NCBI RefSeq assembly: GCF_009914755.1
Contig: NC_060942.1
Length of the DNA: 64,000 nt
Origin: the human T2T-CHM13v2.0 reference genome, Homo sapiens
Direction: 5' to 3' (one strand)
Shown: piece by piece, positions 1 through 17,020 of the stretch
How the letters are laid out: each line of letters starts with the position of its first letter
How positions within the stretch are numbered: the stretch's first letter is position 1
Position numbers and translations under genes: made by a program
The notes under the pieces: model-generated
The model's database searches: none
Seen by the model: only the letters and a program-made list of their open reading frames with translations
Told to the model about the DNA's origin: nothing

Positions 1-462
1 CCCCCAAAATTCAATAGCACTCCCATTGCAACACTGTGCCAGCTGACCTTTAAGCCCCTCCCAGCTCAAACACTGTGATTTTGTGTCCTTGTTCCTATTT
101 TGGATTTGAAGCCAGTGAAATTTTCAAATATTCCTTATTATACACAATTACCAGAACTGGGAAGGATACCTCTATGCTTCCAACCTCCGGCTACCTCTTC
201 TTTGGCAACTCTTTATTCACTGTTCACTCTGACACAGGCCGGATTTCTTTCTTTGCCCGAAAGTGATAAGCCCCACCCCAAAAGGCAGTTTCTTTATAAT
301 AGTGACAGGCAGTGTGAAAACTGGGCTTGACATTCTTCTCCATTTGCTAATACGAAGTAAATCAGTTAATTTTATCCTTGAGAGTATTACTGGTATATAG
401 TAGTGTGTAGACACTTCACAAATGATCCTCTCTTCTGTAATATTTATCAACATCTTATATAA

Positions 463-705
<243 letters not shown>

Positions 706-1012
706 TAAGTCAGGCCTCATGGATGCAGGTAATCCTGGCATCTACTGATTGCTTCTGCCCAGCTCTAGCCTCTGTAATGCTTTTATTCGTATGTCTTCAG
801 TTGAGAAGCTGACTCTTTATGTGGGCAAGGAGAAAGGGGGATCACAAGCCCCAAAGTGTGCCCCTTTATCAGCAAACTGACCTAGACCTTAACAGGGGTT
901 ACAATGTGAAATGCTTAGAGAAAACACTTTAGCCATCTCATTATTCAACAAGAACTCAAGACACAAAAACTACTGACTCAAGTCAGTGTGTGGACCCACA
1001 AACATCTAAGAT

Positions 1013-1123
1013 TAAGCCTCCTTCACCCTCCAGACTCAGAAGGAAATCACTTTTCCTGAATGTTAGACTAAGCCCTCCTTCACCCTCCAGACTCAGAAGG
1101 AAATCAATTTTCCTGAATGTTAG
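1013..1123. repeat. 56-bp tandem duplication (2 copies)
   Basis: taagcc(c)tccttcaccctccagactcagaaggaaatca(c/a)ttttcctgaatgttag twice. Confidence 0.95.
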
Positions 1124-1616
1124 TAGGATTCAGGGAAATCCTACTGTAGGGAAAAGGCAGCAGATGGGGATGAGCAGGGTAGCCATGGCCTTGCCTCCCA
1201 AATAAATTATGTCCAGGTTCCTACAAAACCTGAGAGGGCCAAGCAAGAAGGCAGGAACCATAAAGTCCTTATGCCAAACTTACGGTTATAGAATAGCTGC
1301 TGCTTTCACTCCTGTTTTAAATTTGACAGAGGCTTCATCCTGCTTGTAGCCAGAAATTTAAAACTGGGAGCACCTCTGCATTCCTGTTTTGCCGGAGTGT
1401 ATCAAATAGGAATATAGTCCTGTTTTTGCATAGGGATACCTAAAACCTGTGACATAGCTGGGACAAAAATAATCTCACTTTCCCCTTCCTTGAAAGGCTG
1501 TAATGCCCAAATCAGAGTTTTTCCAGGTCAGTGTTACGAGGGCCAGCTCCACAAAAGCATGGTTGATTATTTTAGGCTCCTAATATCTTGCCACACATTT
1601 ATTTCTCTGTGTATAG

Positions 1617-1892
<276 letters not shown>

Positions 1893-1958
1893 TAAGCACT
1901 TTCTATTTTATTAGAAAAGTGAAATAACACAAGGGAGTTTTTTTTTTTTTTTTTTTGA

Positions 1959-2072
<114 letters not shown>

Positions 2073-2354
2073 TAGAGGTCCGTGCCACCACGCTTGGATA
2101 ATTTTTATATTTTTAGTAGAGATGGGGTTTCACCATGTTGGCCAGGCTGGTCTTGAACTCCTGACCTCAAGTGATCCACCCGCCTTGGCCTCCCAAAGTG
2201 CTGGGATTACAGGCATGAGCCACCGCATCCGGCCATTAGGGAGTTCTTAATGTCAAATTTTCAATCTCATTTCTGTTACTGAGACTCATCTAGAGCCAAA
2301 ACATTTGTTTTGACAATCCAACAAAATTACTTTAGATGTCAGCCTTAAATCTAA

Positions 2355-2573
<219 letters not shown>

Positions 2574-3088
2574 TAATACATGAGAGAAATATAAATCAAG
2601 ATGCCAGTCTGATCCTTTGCTAGAAGTTTCTTAAAAGATAGTAATAAAGATCAAAACCTGTATTACTACCCTTTTCTAAGAAATCTACTGAATGTAGTAA
2701 TTCACAGCATGGGGGCTACCAGTGGAGCTTAGAAACCTCTTTGCCATTTTTTTGGTGGGGTTGTGGGGTAGAGTTAGGATGAGATAGGATTTAACCCACA
2801 CACACTGTAAAAGGCTTCCGATTGGATCTCACAGTGTACCTGTTAAATGTGGTAACTTTCAGAGAAGCCTGCTTGCTTCTGCCCTCGCTGTGTGTAACTT
2901 ACATTAAATCCTATTTTACTATTCCCAAGAGAAAAAAATTTTCAGGACCCTTTACTAACATACATTTGAACCTAGCACCCCTCACTGTGCTACTGCTATT
3001 ATTTGGCGACTGTTAGGATACACTTCAGTGTTTCCTCACCTGTTTAATCCAGTGACAGACAAGTTTCCCATGATCATCTCGCCTCTGA

Positions 3089-3685
<597 letters not shown>

Positions 3686-4684
3686 TAAAAGTGTGAGTTC
3701 TTCAAAGACATACAATGTCTTAGGCATTGTTTTAGACATACGTAAGAGGAGCTCAGTGATTACCGAACAAATAAATGTGTATCACCTGAAGCCTTTAGAG
3801 GTGGCATTTCTCCACTTCCCACCCCTTGGACTTCTTTCTAAAATTTTTCACATTTTAGTTTTTTTTAAACTGCCACTTGCACCTCCAGGCTCCTACTACT
3901 AAGCTGTCCCTTTAGAAATGATTACTGTACTACATCCTCCTTGTAAAAAATGTTTTAAAATCATAAGAAAGTAAAGTCACCTGCCAGAAGAATCTTTTGG
4001 TGTACTACATTTCCTTCCAGGGCTTTTTCTTTGTATGTATTGAAAAAAACACACATATCCATACACGTACTCTTTTAACGCTAAAGTCACTGTATTCAGT
4101 TTTGGAAACTAATTTTTAAAATTTCACAGTGTAAACATTTTACATTCCCATTTTTATGTTTCAATAATCTACACTGTAGATTGGGTAATGAATTATAGAA
4201 TTTTAGAAGTAGAAGGAACCTTAAAAACCATCAGATATAAAGGCCAGGCATAGAAGCTCGTGCCTATAACCCAGCATTTTGGGAGGCTGAGGTGGGAGGA
4301 TCACTTGAGGCCAGGAGTTCGAGACCAGCCTGGACAACATGGTAACACCCTGTCACTACAAAAAATAAAAATAATTAGCCAGGTGTGATGGCGCACGCCT
4401 GTAGTCCCAGCTATTCAAAAGGCTGAGGTGGGAAGATCACGTGACCCCAGGAGTTCAAGGTTGCAGTGATCTGATTTGTGCCACTGCATTACAGCCTAAG
4501 TGACAGAGACCCCATCTCAAAAAAAACAAAACAAACCCACACCCACGAGATCTAATAACATCTTTTACAGTATTTATGTAAGTACTGTAAAAGATGTATG
4601 TAATTTACATGTCTGACCCAGATATTCCAATTCCCCTATCCTAGAGTCCAGGGCTCTACGTATTAACACAATCTCAATACTTAA

Positions 4685-4890
4685 CAACAGCTAACATTTA
4701 CTGAATACTAAGTTATTTAATTCAGAAAACATCCTATGAAACAAGTACTATTGTTATCTCTACAGATGAGGAAACTGAGGTATAGTGAAATGAAGGAGAC
4801 TGTTCATTGTTCCATGGCTACTAAATGGAGGAACCAGTATTTGAACCCAAGCAGACTGGCTCATGCATTTAGCCATTCCACTGTTTTAAC
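4685..4890 (-). mobile_element. MIR; similar fragments at ~17890-18090, 22010-22230, 27490-27630, 31210-31600, 32400-32570
   Basis: MIR core tacagatgaggaaactgagg. Confidence 0.7.
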
Positions 4891-5748
4891 TCCCAACTAT
4901 CTTACTTACTTCTCCGTAATTTTTGCAGTTATCATCTGTTCACAGAAGCCAGATAGAACCAAAAATTTAAATTCATGCACTGTCTTTTTTTTTTTTTTGA
5001 GATGGAGTTTCACTCTTGTCACCCTGGCTGGAGTGCAATGGTGCAATCTCGGCTCAGTGCAACCTCGGCTCAGTGCAACCTCCACCTCCAGGGTTCAAGC
5101 GATTCTCCTGCCTCCGTCTCCTGAGTAGCTGGGATTACAGGTGCACACCATCACGCCTGGCTAATTTTTTTTGTATTTTTTACTAGAGATGGAATTTTGC
5201 CACGTTGGCCAGACTGCTCTCCAACTCCTGACCTCAGATGATCCATCCACCTCGGCCTCTCAAAGGGCTGGGATTACAGGCGTGAGCCACCGCACCCAGC
5301 CCATGCACTGTCTTAAGCTTCTATCCAATTGAAAATTTAAGTATATCTAAATGGAAAGCTGATCAAAAATATTTTTTATTCTCACCAATAAGGCAATCCA
5401 AACATTTAATCTTTCCTAAGTATGCTTTTTTGTGGAAGGTAGTTTTTTAAATTTGATAAAGACTCTTAAATGGAAGGGCTTGTTTCTTACTACTAATTTG
5501 TCTCCTAATAGTCCTTTATTATGAAACATAAATAAGAGAAGCTTTAAACAGGTTAACACTTGGCACGCTACATAAAGGAGGCTGCAAAGCTTAACTAACC
5601 AAGCCATTTAAGTTAACATTGGAAAAAACTCATCTCCTTTACCTTATCCTGAAATAGAGAAAAAGGAAGGTACTGAGTCATTCTGCTGAACTGCAGATAT
5701 TTTGCTTGCTCTTGAAATGCCCATGCTATTTTTGCTTGATGATTTCAG

Positions 5749-5887
5749 GTGGCCATATGCTATATCAGCTCCAGACCCCACTCCAGCAATGTCAACTGTG
5801 AAGGGGTGTTTTTCAGTGGACTCCTTTTGTACCTCTGTGACTCTTTTGTAGGTGCTGATCTTCTTAAGAAATTTAAATTTCTAAAAG
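5749..5887 (+). CDS. GREB1L: GREB1L penultimate coding exon ([46 protein letters not shown])
   Basis: tttcag acceptor, G|gtaagt donor; in phase with flanking exons; not in the ORF track because it is short. Confidence 0.95.
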
Positions 5888-6048
5888 GTAAGTCAAATTT
5901 AGTATCTTGCTTGTAATTGCTATTGGTTCCCACTGAGCAAAATACAGAAGATAAAGGTATTTTTAAAAAGCACTTGAGGCCAGGCGCAGTGGCTCACGCC
6001 TGTAATCTCAGCACTTTGGGAGGCCGAGGCGGGTGGATCACGAGGTCA

Positions 6049-6496
<448 letters not shown>

Positions 6497-6635
6497 TTAT
6501 AAAATGACCTTTGAGATCAGTGAAGAAAGTGAGGTTCAGAACGCTGTGCAGCATGAGAACAGGGAGAGGGGTTGTGCGGGGACTGTGCATTCATTCATTC
6601 ACTTATTTATTTATTTATTTATTTAGAGACTTATT

Positions 6636-7165
<530 letters not shown>

Positions 7166-7328
7166 TAGGAGGAACACATGAGAAACATAACATTAGTTAT
7201 CACAGGGAAGAGGGAATGTGGTTGGAAGATTACTTACTTTATACTCTTAAAAATTACTGAATTTGGGCTGGGCGCAGTGGCTCACACCTGTAATCCCAGC
7301 ACCTTGGAAGGCCGAGGCAGGTGGATCA

Positions 7329-7619
<291 letters not shown>

Positions 7620-7686
7620 TTATCCATCTGTTGGTTCTCAGATGTGTTAGCTTAGGAAATATAATCAGAGATAAAGTTCTTTATAA

Positions 7687-7896
<210 letters not shown>

Positions 7897-10081
7897 GCTT
7901 TTGAAGAGACCAAAACAGCAAAAAGATGCCTAGGTGGGATGGGACAGAAACAATTTGGGATTTTTCTTTTTCCTTTAAAGTACAATCACTGTGGAGCAAA
8001 GTGCAACATATTTGTCTAAATTCTCCAAAGAACTCCCCAAATCTGATCCAGGTCTTTGGGGACATCACTTTCCTTCAGTTCCAATTACAGGACCCTTAAA
8101 TTCAGGTAAACTCTATCCTAGGCAGTTATGCAATTACTTAAGATACGGTCTGCCCATGGGATCCTGAGGAGGATATACTTTGGAGAGTGAATATGGAGTT
8201 TGCATTATTTTTTTCTATTACTATGTTAGGGGGAAACTGACTGTCAGGATTAACTAGCCTGAATGTGTTACATGAGACTCATGCCATTGGTGTGGAATCA
8301 ATTGAAGATTAACGTTTGAGGCCTGAACCCTCAGTTTCTCTTCAGATCTGTACTTTGGTACAGTATTACTCAGGGGTTTGAAATGATAGAATGTAGACGA
8401 TATTTGTATTTAAAAAAAGAAGTAGCTTTGTCTTTCTCTGTGCAGTGTTAGTTTAAGATTTATAATCTTCTATGTATTGAAACTTTTGGCAAAATTTCCA
8501 CAGGAGTTAGAAGTTTACTATTTAAACTGAACAAACAAATCAGTAAATGCAGAGCAGGCATTGTGTGCATTTATGCATCTTCTCCTAGCCTAATTCCTTT
8601 GCTTTACCCACTCTTTAAATGTGTTTCCAGTCTTTAAGAATATCTTATCTATGAGACTATGGAACAGTGATTAATCTTTTGCAAGAACTTAAGTCAGTTA
8701 AGAAGCTTTCAGCAGGTAACCTGCACCCACCGTTTGGTTGGAATTAAGCAGTTGGCACCAGCAAACCTAAATGTCAGGCTGAGGTTCTGTTGCAGAGTGA
8801 AACTAGTTTGTTTCCTTTCAGGGACTCAAGCAAAGCTTCCTTTAAAAGATGCACTAAATATTACCACCTTACACTGACAACGCCACAGAAATTGCCGAAT
8901 TGGGAAATTGAGCCATAGAAAGAGAAATGTTTTTTTACTTAATCTTACCAGTGACTCTTGTGAGGAGTAAGGAAGACTCCATTAAGAGTCTTTTTGATTC
9001 ATTAAAATCAGCAGGGGGTGTTTGTCCAGTATCGGCAATGGGAGGCATATGTTTCTACAGATTTCTCAAATATTTTAATCAAAAACATTATTTTTAGAAA
9101 GTGTTCTAGATAAAACTAAGTCTTAGAAGTTTACTCTTAAATTACTCCAGTTCTCATCATTGAACAATCTCTTGAGAGTTTTCTCATTAGCCCATATTTA
9201 CTACTTTATCCCCACTTAAAATGGCCATTTTTACTTGAATCAATCTTGTTTGTGACCTGAAACTACTGAGGGGCCTACTAAGCCTGCATTTACTTAGAAC
9301 AAATAGTGTTAATTGACCAGCTTTATTATCTTATGACAACAAGGAGTTTACAAAGCTAGTGAAAAAATGGAATGTATTAGACTAAAAATGGTTTGCAGAT
9401 CTCTTGGTTTTAATATAGCTACTTATAATGCTTTAACTGTATTTTGAAGTGAACAATTCCTTTTAACCCCATTTTTAATTGTCCTTCAAAGAGGACCTGC
9501 CTTATATATGCTTTAAAAAATACTCCTTAATTTTAGTACAGCAGAATTTTTGGTAAAGAGGTATGTTTTGAAGCAATTTGGTTTAAATATGAATGTATTT
9601 CACTTGTTCCTGTTTTGTTGAAAGGGCCTAATGCAAATAATACCAAGAAACCCACTGTCTGTGCAATATTCCAATAACATTTACATAGGGCAAATAAAAT
9701 ACTTGAAAGAATTCTGAAACAATTGTACCTGGGGTGGATGGCCTCTCAGGGTTTCTTCTGGCTTTATGACTTCATAGTTTAAAGAACTTTTTTTTTAAGT
9801 AGTTACATCAGATGCAGGTACTCCATTAGTTAGGGCTGCACTCTGAAAATTCAAATTATTATTATGAGCTCTTAAATACTATTTAACTCTGGAAGAGATA
9901 TGCCAGAATAAAGCCAAAAGACCATCACCCCTATAATGGAGAAATTGATCTGCCTATTCTTTTCAAAGCCTATCTTACTAATGTTTGGATCTTTTAAAAT
10001 CATCTTATCATCAGTATAATTCTTGAGTATGTTAGGTCCTTCTTTAAGGATAAAATTGCACAAGCACAGGACACCATGATT

Positions 10082-10116
<35 letters not shown>

Positions 10117-10960
10117 CCTAGTGTGTTCAGCTTTAAGCTTTGCAATCCCTTAGGACACTGATGTGGGATGAATGGATTCGCTAGGCCCACACAGTAACTC
10201 ACCTGTAGACCTGCTGAACCTCAGCATGTATGACAGTTCACACAGGTTAATACTGAATGTAAACGAAAAACTAGAAGACAATTGTTATAATTTTTTTTGG
10301 CTGTAATTTATGCAATTGCTTTTTGTGATTTTTAGAAAATGGGGCACCCGTGTTATTACTGTAAAATGTTCTTAACCAAAATTTGGTGAATTTCACTAGT
10401 CTACCTCACATTTTGTTAATGATTCAAAATTGTCTTGTGTCTACTGTTATATTTTTGTCCTTTGATTTAATTTGCTTAATGTATTAAAGTTATCTCCCAC
10501 CCCCTCCAAAAAGTTATTTTTTCTTTATAGTTTTCTGGCATGTTTGTTAAGAAAACAAGCTCCCTGACTCTGGCAATGTCCTAAAAAGGCTGGAAGTCAG
10601 TCACATTATAGGTTGGACAACCAAGATTAAAGAGGTGTTGAAAACATACATAGTAGATACCAATCTTTTATTTGACAGATTGCAACTACACTCACTTTGA
10701 TGTCCTTCTGGAAACAGAACAACTTTGGGTTGCTAAAACTAATACAAGGTGTTTGTTATTGTTAATCTCCAGTTAAAACTTCTCAAACTTTTTGAGAGTG
10801 TCTCAAAGTTGCTAGAACTATGTAGTATGAAGATGCTGTTATTGTAGTATGAATTATATCTTCTTAAAAAATTTTACCAACTTTTGAGAATAACAACTTT
10901 GTTGTCCCAGAAAAATGGCTTTCAATCTATTAATAAAGTGTAGTAAATTAAAAGAATTTG
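7897..10960 (+). other. GREB1L: GREB1L 3' UTR (3' end uncertain)
   Basis: Alu-free AU-rich sequence after the stop; candidate poly(A) hexamers AATAAA at 9693, 9907, 10932 and 11019, ATTAAA at 10483. Confidence 0.7.
10082..10116. repeat. (TG)n(TA)n microsatellite in the GREB1L 3' region
   Basis: tgtgtgtgtatatatatat... Confidence 0.95.
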
Positions 10961-12089
10961 ACATAGATTAGATTCCATGAAAACAATCTTCTAGGCCAAA
11001 GGACCCTCAGGAAGGGCAATAAATATTTGTAAGTGTAATGACAGACTTTCAGAGGAAAGTAAAGACTACTGGTGTTCCACTATACATTCCAAAGCAGCTG
11101 CCTTGAAAAGACTATTAATTAACTGTGAAACTGACTGCTGCAACATCACACTAAACTACTTAGGCCTGAAACAACATCCAGAGAACGAACATTTATCAAG
11201 CTTCTCTTTAGACACAGAAACTGGAAATTGGCCCTTAAAGCTTCCTCTGAGTCTAGGAGAATACTACTCTAACACTGAAACCTTGGCTTCACTGAAAACA
11301 AAACAACAACAGTAAAAATACTGCTAAAGATGACTTTAGGAATTGCCGCTAAGGCCAAAGAAAAAGTCATTCACATAATAAATTCACTGTGCTCTCAACT
11401 ATCAAGTGTTGAGTTAAAGCATCTACTTCAGTGACTATGACAATAGATGATGGTATTAAGTTAAAAAAAAAAAAAAAAAAAGGCAACACCAGTAAGTTCT
11501 TTTCTGACCACTTCATTCCACATATTTTATTTTTACTAGTCCAGTGTATTTTATTTTTACCAGAAGGGTGGGGGTGGGGGGTTGCTAAAAGACAGAACTC
11601 ATCCCTTTTTCTGCCAAAAGACTCAGGAGCCATGAGAAAGAAAATGTATGTCTAGAGTCACTACCCTAGAAATCAACTCACTCAGCAATCTCAACCCTAG
11701 CTGCAATGTGGATGGGCAGGAATACAGCTGTGTTCCCATCCAGAAGGATAAGACTCTATAGCTGGGCAGCCGTGCAAAGTAAACAAGAACAATTAAAATA
11801 ACACTGCAGGTTTGTTGTACTCACTGACTGTCCTTACAACAGTCAGGCTTTCAGTAGATAAACCAAGTTCACTCTTGCATATTATGAAGTAGTAAAATAC
11901 TGCTTTTTATCTGTGTGTCCATGCAGATAAAAGCATCGCCCATAAAATCTTGTAGTTCCTGACTATATTTGTGGCTCTTACCATGTCTCTATGCTAGATA
12001 TTTTTATAAACAACCAACAACTACATGAGGGCTGCTAACAAAAAATCTATAAGCACCTTTATATAGTCAGCAATTACAGACTCACCCTC

Positions 12090-12930
12090 TTCTACAATCT
12101 GTGGCCATTAGTGTACACTCACCGTGTCCCTGCTGCCTCCACCACTCCACTGAGACTGCTCTTTTCCTAACATCACTTGGGCTCTCTTCAGTCTTCAACT
12201 GTGGTATGACAGGGTTGATCATTCTTTGATTCTTGACATTTTTCCCTTGGTTTCTACCACTCTCTTCTGGCTCTCCTACCTTGCTGCTCATGCCTTCTTA
12301 GGCAGTCTTCTTTGAGACTCTTAAATGATGGTGTACCTCACAACTCTCTTCTACCTTCTCATTTTACAAACCCCAGGGTGACCTTGTGAACCTTCAAATA
12401 AATAAGTGAACTCATAAATTTGTTTCTCAGTTAGAACCTTTCTGAAACTCTAGATTCACATATCCAATTGTATACTAAAAGGTTTCTCCACTTAAGAGAC
12501 TCTTTCTACAACCACCTTAAAATCTTGACCAAAACTGAGGGCATCCCCATCCAATCCTCCCAACCTAATTCCCCTGTATTCCCATCTGTCAATCTAATTC
12601 AATTACCCAAACCAAAATTCCCACTTACCTTAACCTCTTTGCCATGATCTTTTTCTGGTTGTTTATAAATTCCTATCAATTCAACTGTGTCAATTCTTCA
12701 ATTTTATCTTTTCAATGTGTATCTGTCTCGTCTTCATCTCCACATCACAGCTTTAGTTCAGTGTTTCAACACTTTTCACACAAACGGCTCTTAATTATCA
12801 TCTAAGTTCCAGATTCCTCAATTATAAACCCTACCTCATAGGACTGTCGTAATGATTACATAAAATAATGCAGGACTAAACACACAGGGTCTGACACATA
12901 GCAAACACTCAAATGTTAGGTATTAACTAA
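12090..12930. mobile_element. L2 fragment followed by a MIR fragment
   Basis: L2-like pyrimidine-rich text; MIR 3' end (ctgacacatagcaaacactcaaatgttag). Confidence 0.55.
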
Positions 12931-13294
12931 TAATACTATTCTTAGAGAAATACCTAAATTGTAAAATTTGGGAGGCTATATCTTCAGTATAAACATGAAA
13001 ATAAACTGGTTTCTCAGTAATAATAACATATAAACCAACCACCCAATATACCCTCTTCCACCTCCAGGTCACCTTGAAACCAAGTCAAAAGTAGTCAAAG
13101 TAGTATACTATTGTTTATGGAAATTGGACCTGTATTATGGGATTAACAGTTACTAGAGAGTCTACACTATATCCCAAAATTTCATTCTGTTTTTTTTTTT
13201 TTTTTTAAATCATGGTACCTGTCAGGCAAACAATGAGACCAGGATTGACTAGAACAGTCTCAAGCCCAAAGGGAAATGACAGTATCAAAAGCTA

Positions 13295-13641
<347 letters not shown>

Positions 13642-14339
13642 TTACCGTGCCCTATCATTCTACCCATACAAAATGTAGAGTCTTATACCACTCTAGAAAA
13701 AAAAATTTTTTTTTGAGGTGGAGTTTTTTGCTCTTTTTGCTCAGGCTGGAGTACAATGGTGCAATCTCTGCTCACTGCAATCTCCACCTCCCAGGTTCCA
13801 GCTATTGTCCTGCCTTAGCCTCCTGAGCAGCTGGGATTACAGGTGCATGCCACCAAAACCAGCTAATTTTTGTATTTTTAGTAGAGACGGGATTTCACCA
13901 TATTGGTCAGGCTGGTCTCGAACTCCTGACCTCGTGATCCGCCCGCCTCAGCCTTCCAAAGTCCTGGGATTATAGGCGTGAGCCACCGCGCCTGGCCTAG
14001 AAATTGTAAAAGCAAAAATTTATAGGGAAATAAAATGTATACCTGTTAATTTAAGGCCCTAAATTTTAGCCAGTTTTCAACTGAGATATGATCATTTCAG
14101 CTCACAAAAATAACCTAAGTTGAACCACAGTGGTAATTCATTCTTGGGCTGTGGGCCCTTCATTTATTTGCAACATCATAAAAGTACTATGTTACTAAAA
14201 TAATCAGAAAGGATTTTGCCTTTGGAAATAAAGTTCAGCTGATTTGCTGCTGACACAATGATCCTTTGGCAAACTGGTGGAAACTGCCTTTAGGAAGCCA
14301 ATGTTTTAATCATATTTCAAGATATCAAACCAAAAAAAC

Positions 14340-14432
14340 ACCCTGAAAAAGCACAAATGACAACACACCATTATTCTCAGTTAGTACATTGGTCACTTAG
14401 AAAAAGCTATCAAGTATTTTATTATTTTTATT
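14340..14432 (-). terminator. ESCO1: ESCO1 polyadenylation signal region
   Basis: Two AATAAA hexamers on the - strand (tttatt at 14418-14423 and 14427-14432) followed downstream by a GU-rich element (GGTGTGTTGTCATTTGTG, ~14352-14369). Confidence 0.7.
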
Positions 14433-15435
14433 CTACATTATATACAGGTCATAAAAGGCCACAGCAGTTTTTCAACATATAAACCCTTTAAAAGTAGAGG
14501 GCACTATGAAGGATAGACAAGTATCAAAATGAAGTCCAGTAATGAGGGCATATACTCAGTGCAGTATTTCTGAGGAATAACAAAGCAGATACCGAGTCAT
14601 CCATACTTTGCTTCCAAGTATTCTATACGTTTTTATAAACCTCTTTGAGATTTGTTAACAGCCTAGGTGTGCCAAGTTGCCATTTATTTTAAAAGTGAAA
14701 CCAGAATGAAAGAATAATGAATCTAGGAGGGTACCTTTCCTAATGCTTGTCATTTACAGCTCTCCAAGAAGGAAAGCCTCAATTCTTTACCACTTTCTAC
14801 TTCCTCCTTCCATCAAAGATAGGAAAGAGAAAAATCAGGAAAAAAAAGCTCAATATTCTAATTCTTCCTATTTAGCTGGAGCTTTCCTTTTCTATAGGGG
14901 TTTCTTCAAAGTATAGTTCAGGCCTTTTAAAAATTAGCTTCAAATTCCAAAACACTTAATATTGCACCCTCCTTGAACAATAACTAAAAAAATTGGTTTC
15001 CACTCTGTGAAAATACAATCTTTAAGCCTATCACTGGTATCAGCAGATCAATATAAAAAAATACAGTACCAAGCTACACTGGTATATTTCCATATTAAGA
15101 ACTTCAAAATATACTTATCACTGAGACCATAGTCCTTGCATTAGTTTTCAGTCCACTATGAACAATTATCTGCTGCATGTAAACATGTCTAAATAACTAT
15201 AGATAAAATACATCAATCATAAATTTCTGTAAAAGATAATAAAATATCTTCTTTAAAAAACAAAACAATAAGCTATTACTGCATTGTTTCCAATTTTATG
15301 AAAATGGAACAACCATATGGTTGTTGCCAGTCCTGAGTTCATTGTAATAAAAATGGCCCTAGTTCCTGGTTAAAGTCAGCAACCAATCCATTCTCTTCAA
15401 TAGATGTCTTCTAGTGGTGTAGGCAAGAATTTGTT
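14400..15435 (-). other. ESCO1: ESCO1 3' UTR
   Basis: Follows the TAA stop on the - strand; repeat-free and AU-rich. Confidence 0.8.
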
Positions 15436-15583
15436 TTACGTGCTATTCTGTCCATTAATAAAATTATATACCAGAAATTGACCAGTGCCACAGTACTGTG
15501 TTGCAAACAGCTTTCCATCAGGAGTGGGATCTGAGAAAGCAATTTCTTCTTTGCTCAAATATGAGCCATATATAAAGTTACTC
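15436..15583 (-). CDS. ESCO1: ESCO1 last coding exon ([48 protein letters not shown])
   Basis: aatag acceptor; Eco1-family AFSDPTPDG motif; TAA at 15438-15436. Confidence 0.97.
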
Positions 15584-15789
15584 CTATTAAAAAAAAATGG
15601 GGGGGGGAAGGGTTAAGTGTGAAATGTTAAAAAAAAAAAAATTCTAATCATTAAAACTGGAATAACCTGTCAAATACAATTTGACTAAAAAAGCTTTTTA
15701 GATACTGCTGTATGTGCTCAAAATTTTTGAAAATAATTATTCATCTATAATATCAATAACCTGAGGTTAAATTTTAATAAAAGCAACAA

Positions 15790-16630
15790 TGTAAAAACAT
15801 TTACCCAACATCTTTTCATGATAAAAATATTCAACTAAGAGTAGAAATATTTCCTCAACCTGATCAAAGACATCAAGGAATATCAGAGTTAATGGTGAAT
15901 GACTGAAAACTGTTCCTCAAAGATCAGGAATAAGAGAAGACTACTCTCACCTCTTCTATTCAATATTGTATTGGAGGTTCTCGTCATGAGGAAAAGAAAT
16001 AAAAATCATCCAGATTGGAAAGAAAGAAATAAAACTATCTCTTTTGCAGATGAAAAGGCCTTGTTTATAGAAAATCCTAAAAAATTCACAAAAACAAACA
16101 AAAAATCTAATAAACGAGTCTGGCAAGGCTGCATATTCAAGATTGATATTCAAAAGTAAACTGTTTCTATACACTTGTAATGAACAACCTAAAACTGAAA
16201 TTTAGGGGGAAAAAAGTCCATTTATAATAACATCAAAAAAAATTAAATACTTGCCAGGCACAGTGTCTCACACCTGTAATCCCAGCATTTTGGGAGGCCA
16301 AGGTGAGAGGATTGCTTAAGCCCAAGAGTTCAAGGCCAGCCCAGGCGACATAGCAAGACTCCGACTGTACCAAAACAAATGAAATTTTTGCCAGGCACAT
16401 GGCTATGGTCTCAGCTACTCAGGAGGCTGAGGCAGGAGGATTTCCTGAGCCCAGGATGTTGAGGATGAAGTGAGCTGTGTTTGCACCACTGCACTCCAGC
16501 CTGGGTGACAAAGTGAGATGCTGTCTCCAAAAAAGAAAAAAAATACTTGGGAATAAATGTAACAAAAGAAGCATTAAGACTTGTACACTGAAAACTATTA
16601 AACACTGCAGTAAGACATTAAAGACCTAGG
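15790..16630 (+). mobile_element. L1M ORF2 fragment interrupted by an Alu
   Basis: LSPLLFNIVLEVL reverse-transcriptase motif in ORF 15899-16159. Confidence 0.8.
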
Positions 16631-16648
16631 GCCAGACGCGATGGCTCA

Positions 16649-17020
<372 letters not shown>

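Noticed and set aside
990-1205. ORF with repeated basic peptide PPSPSRLRRKS
   Set aside because: By-product of the 56-bp intronic tandem duplication; non-ATG start
5048-5079. 16-bp internal duplication within an Alu
   Set aside because: Simple slippage within a repeat; no functional implication evident
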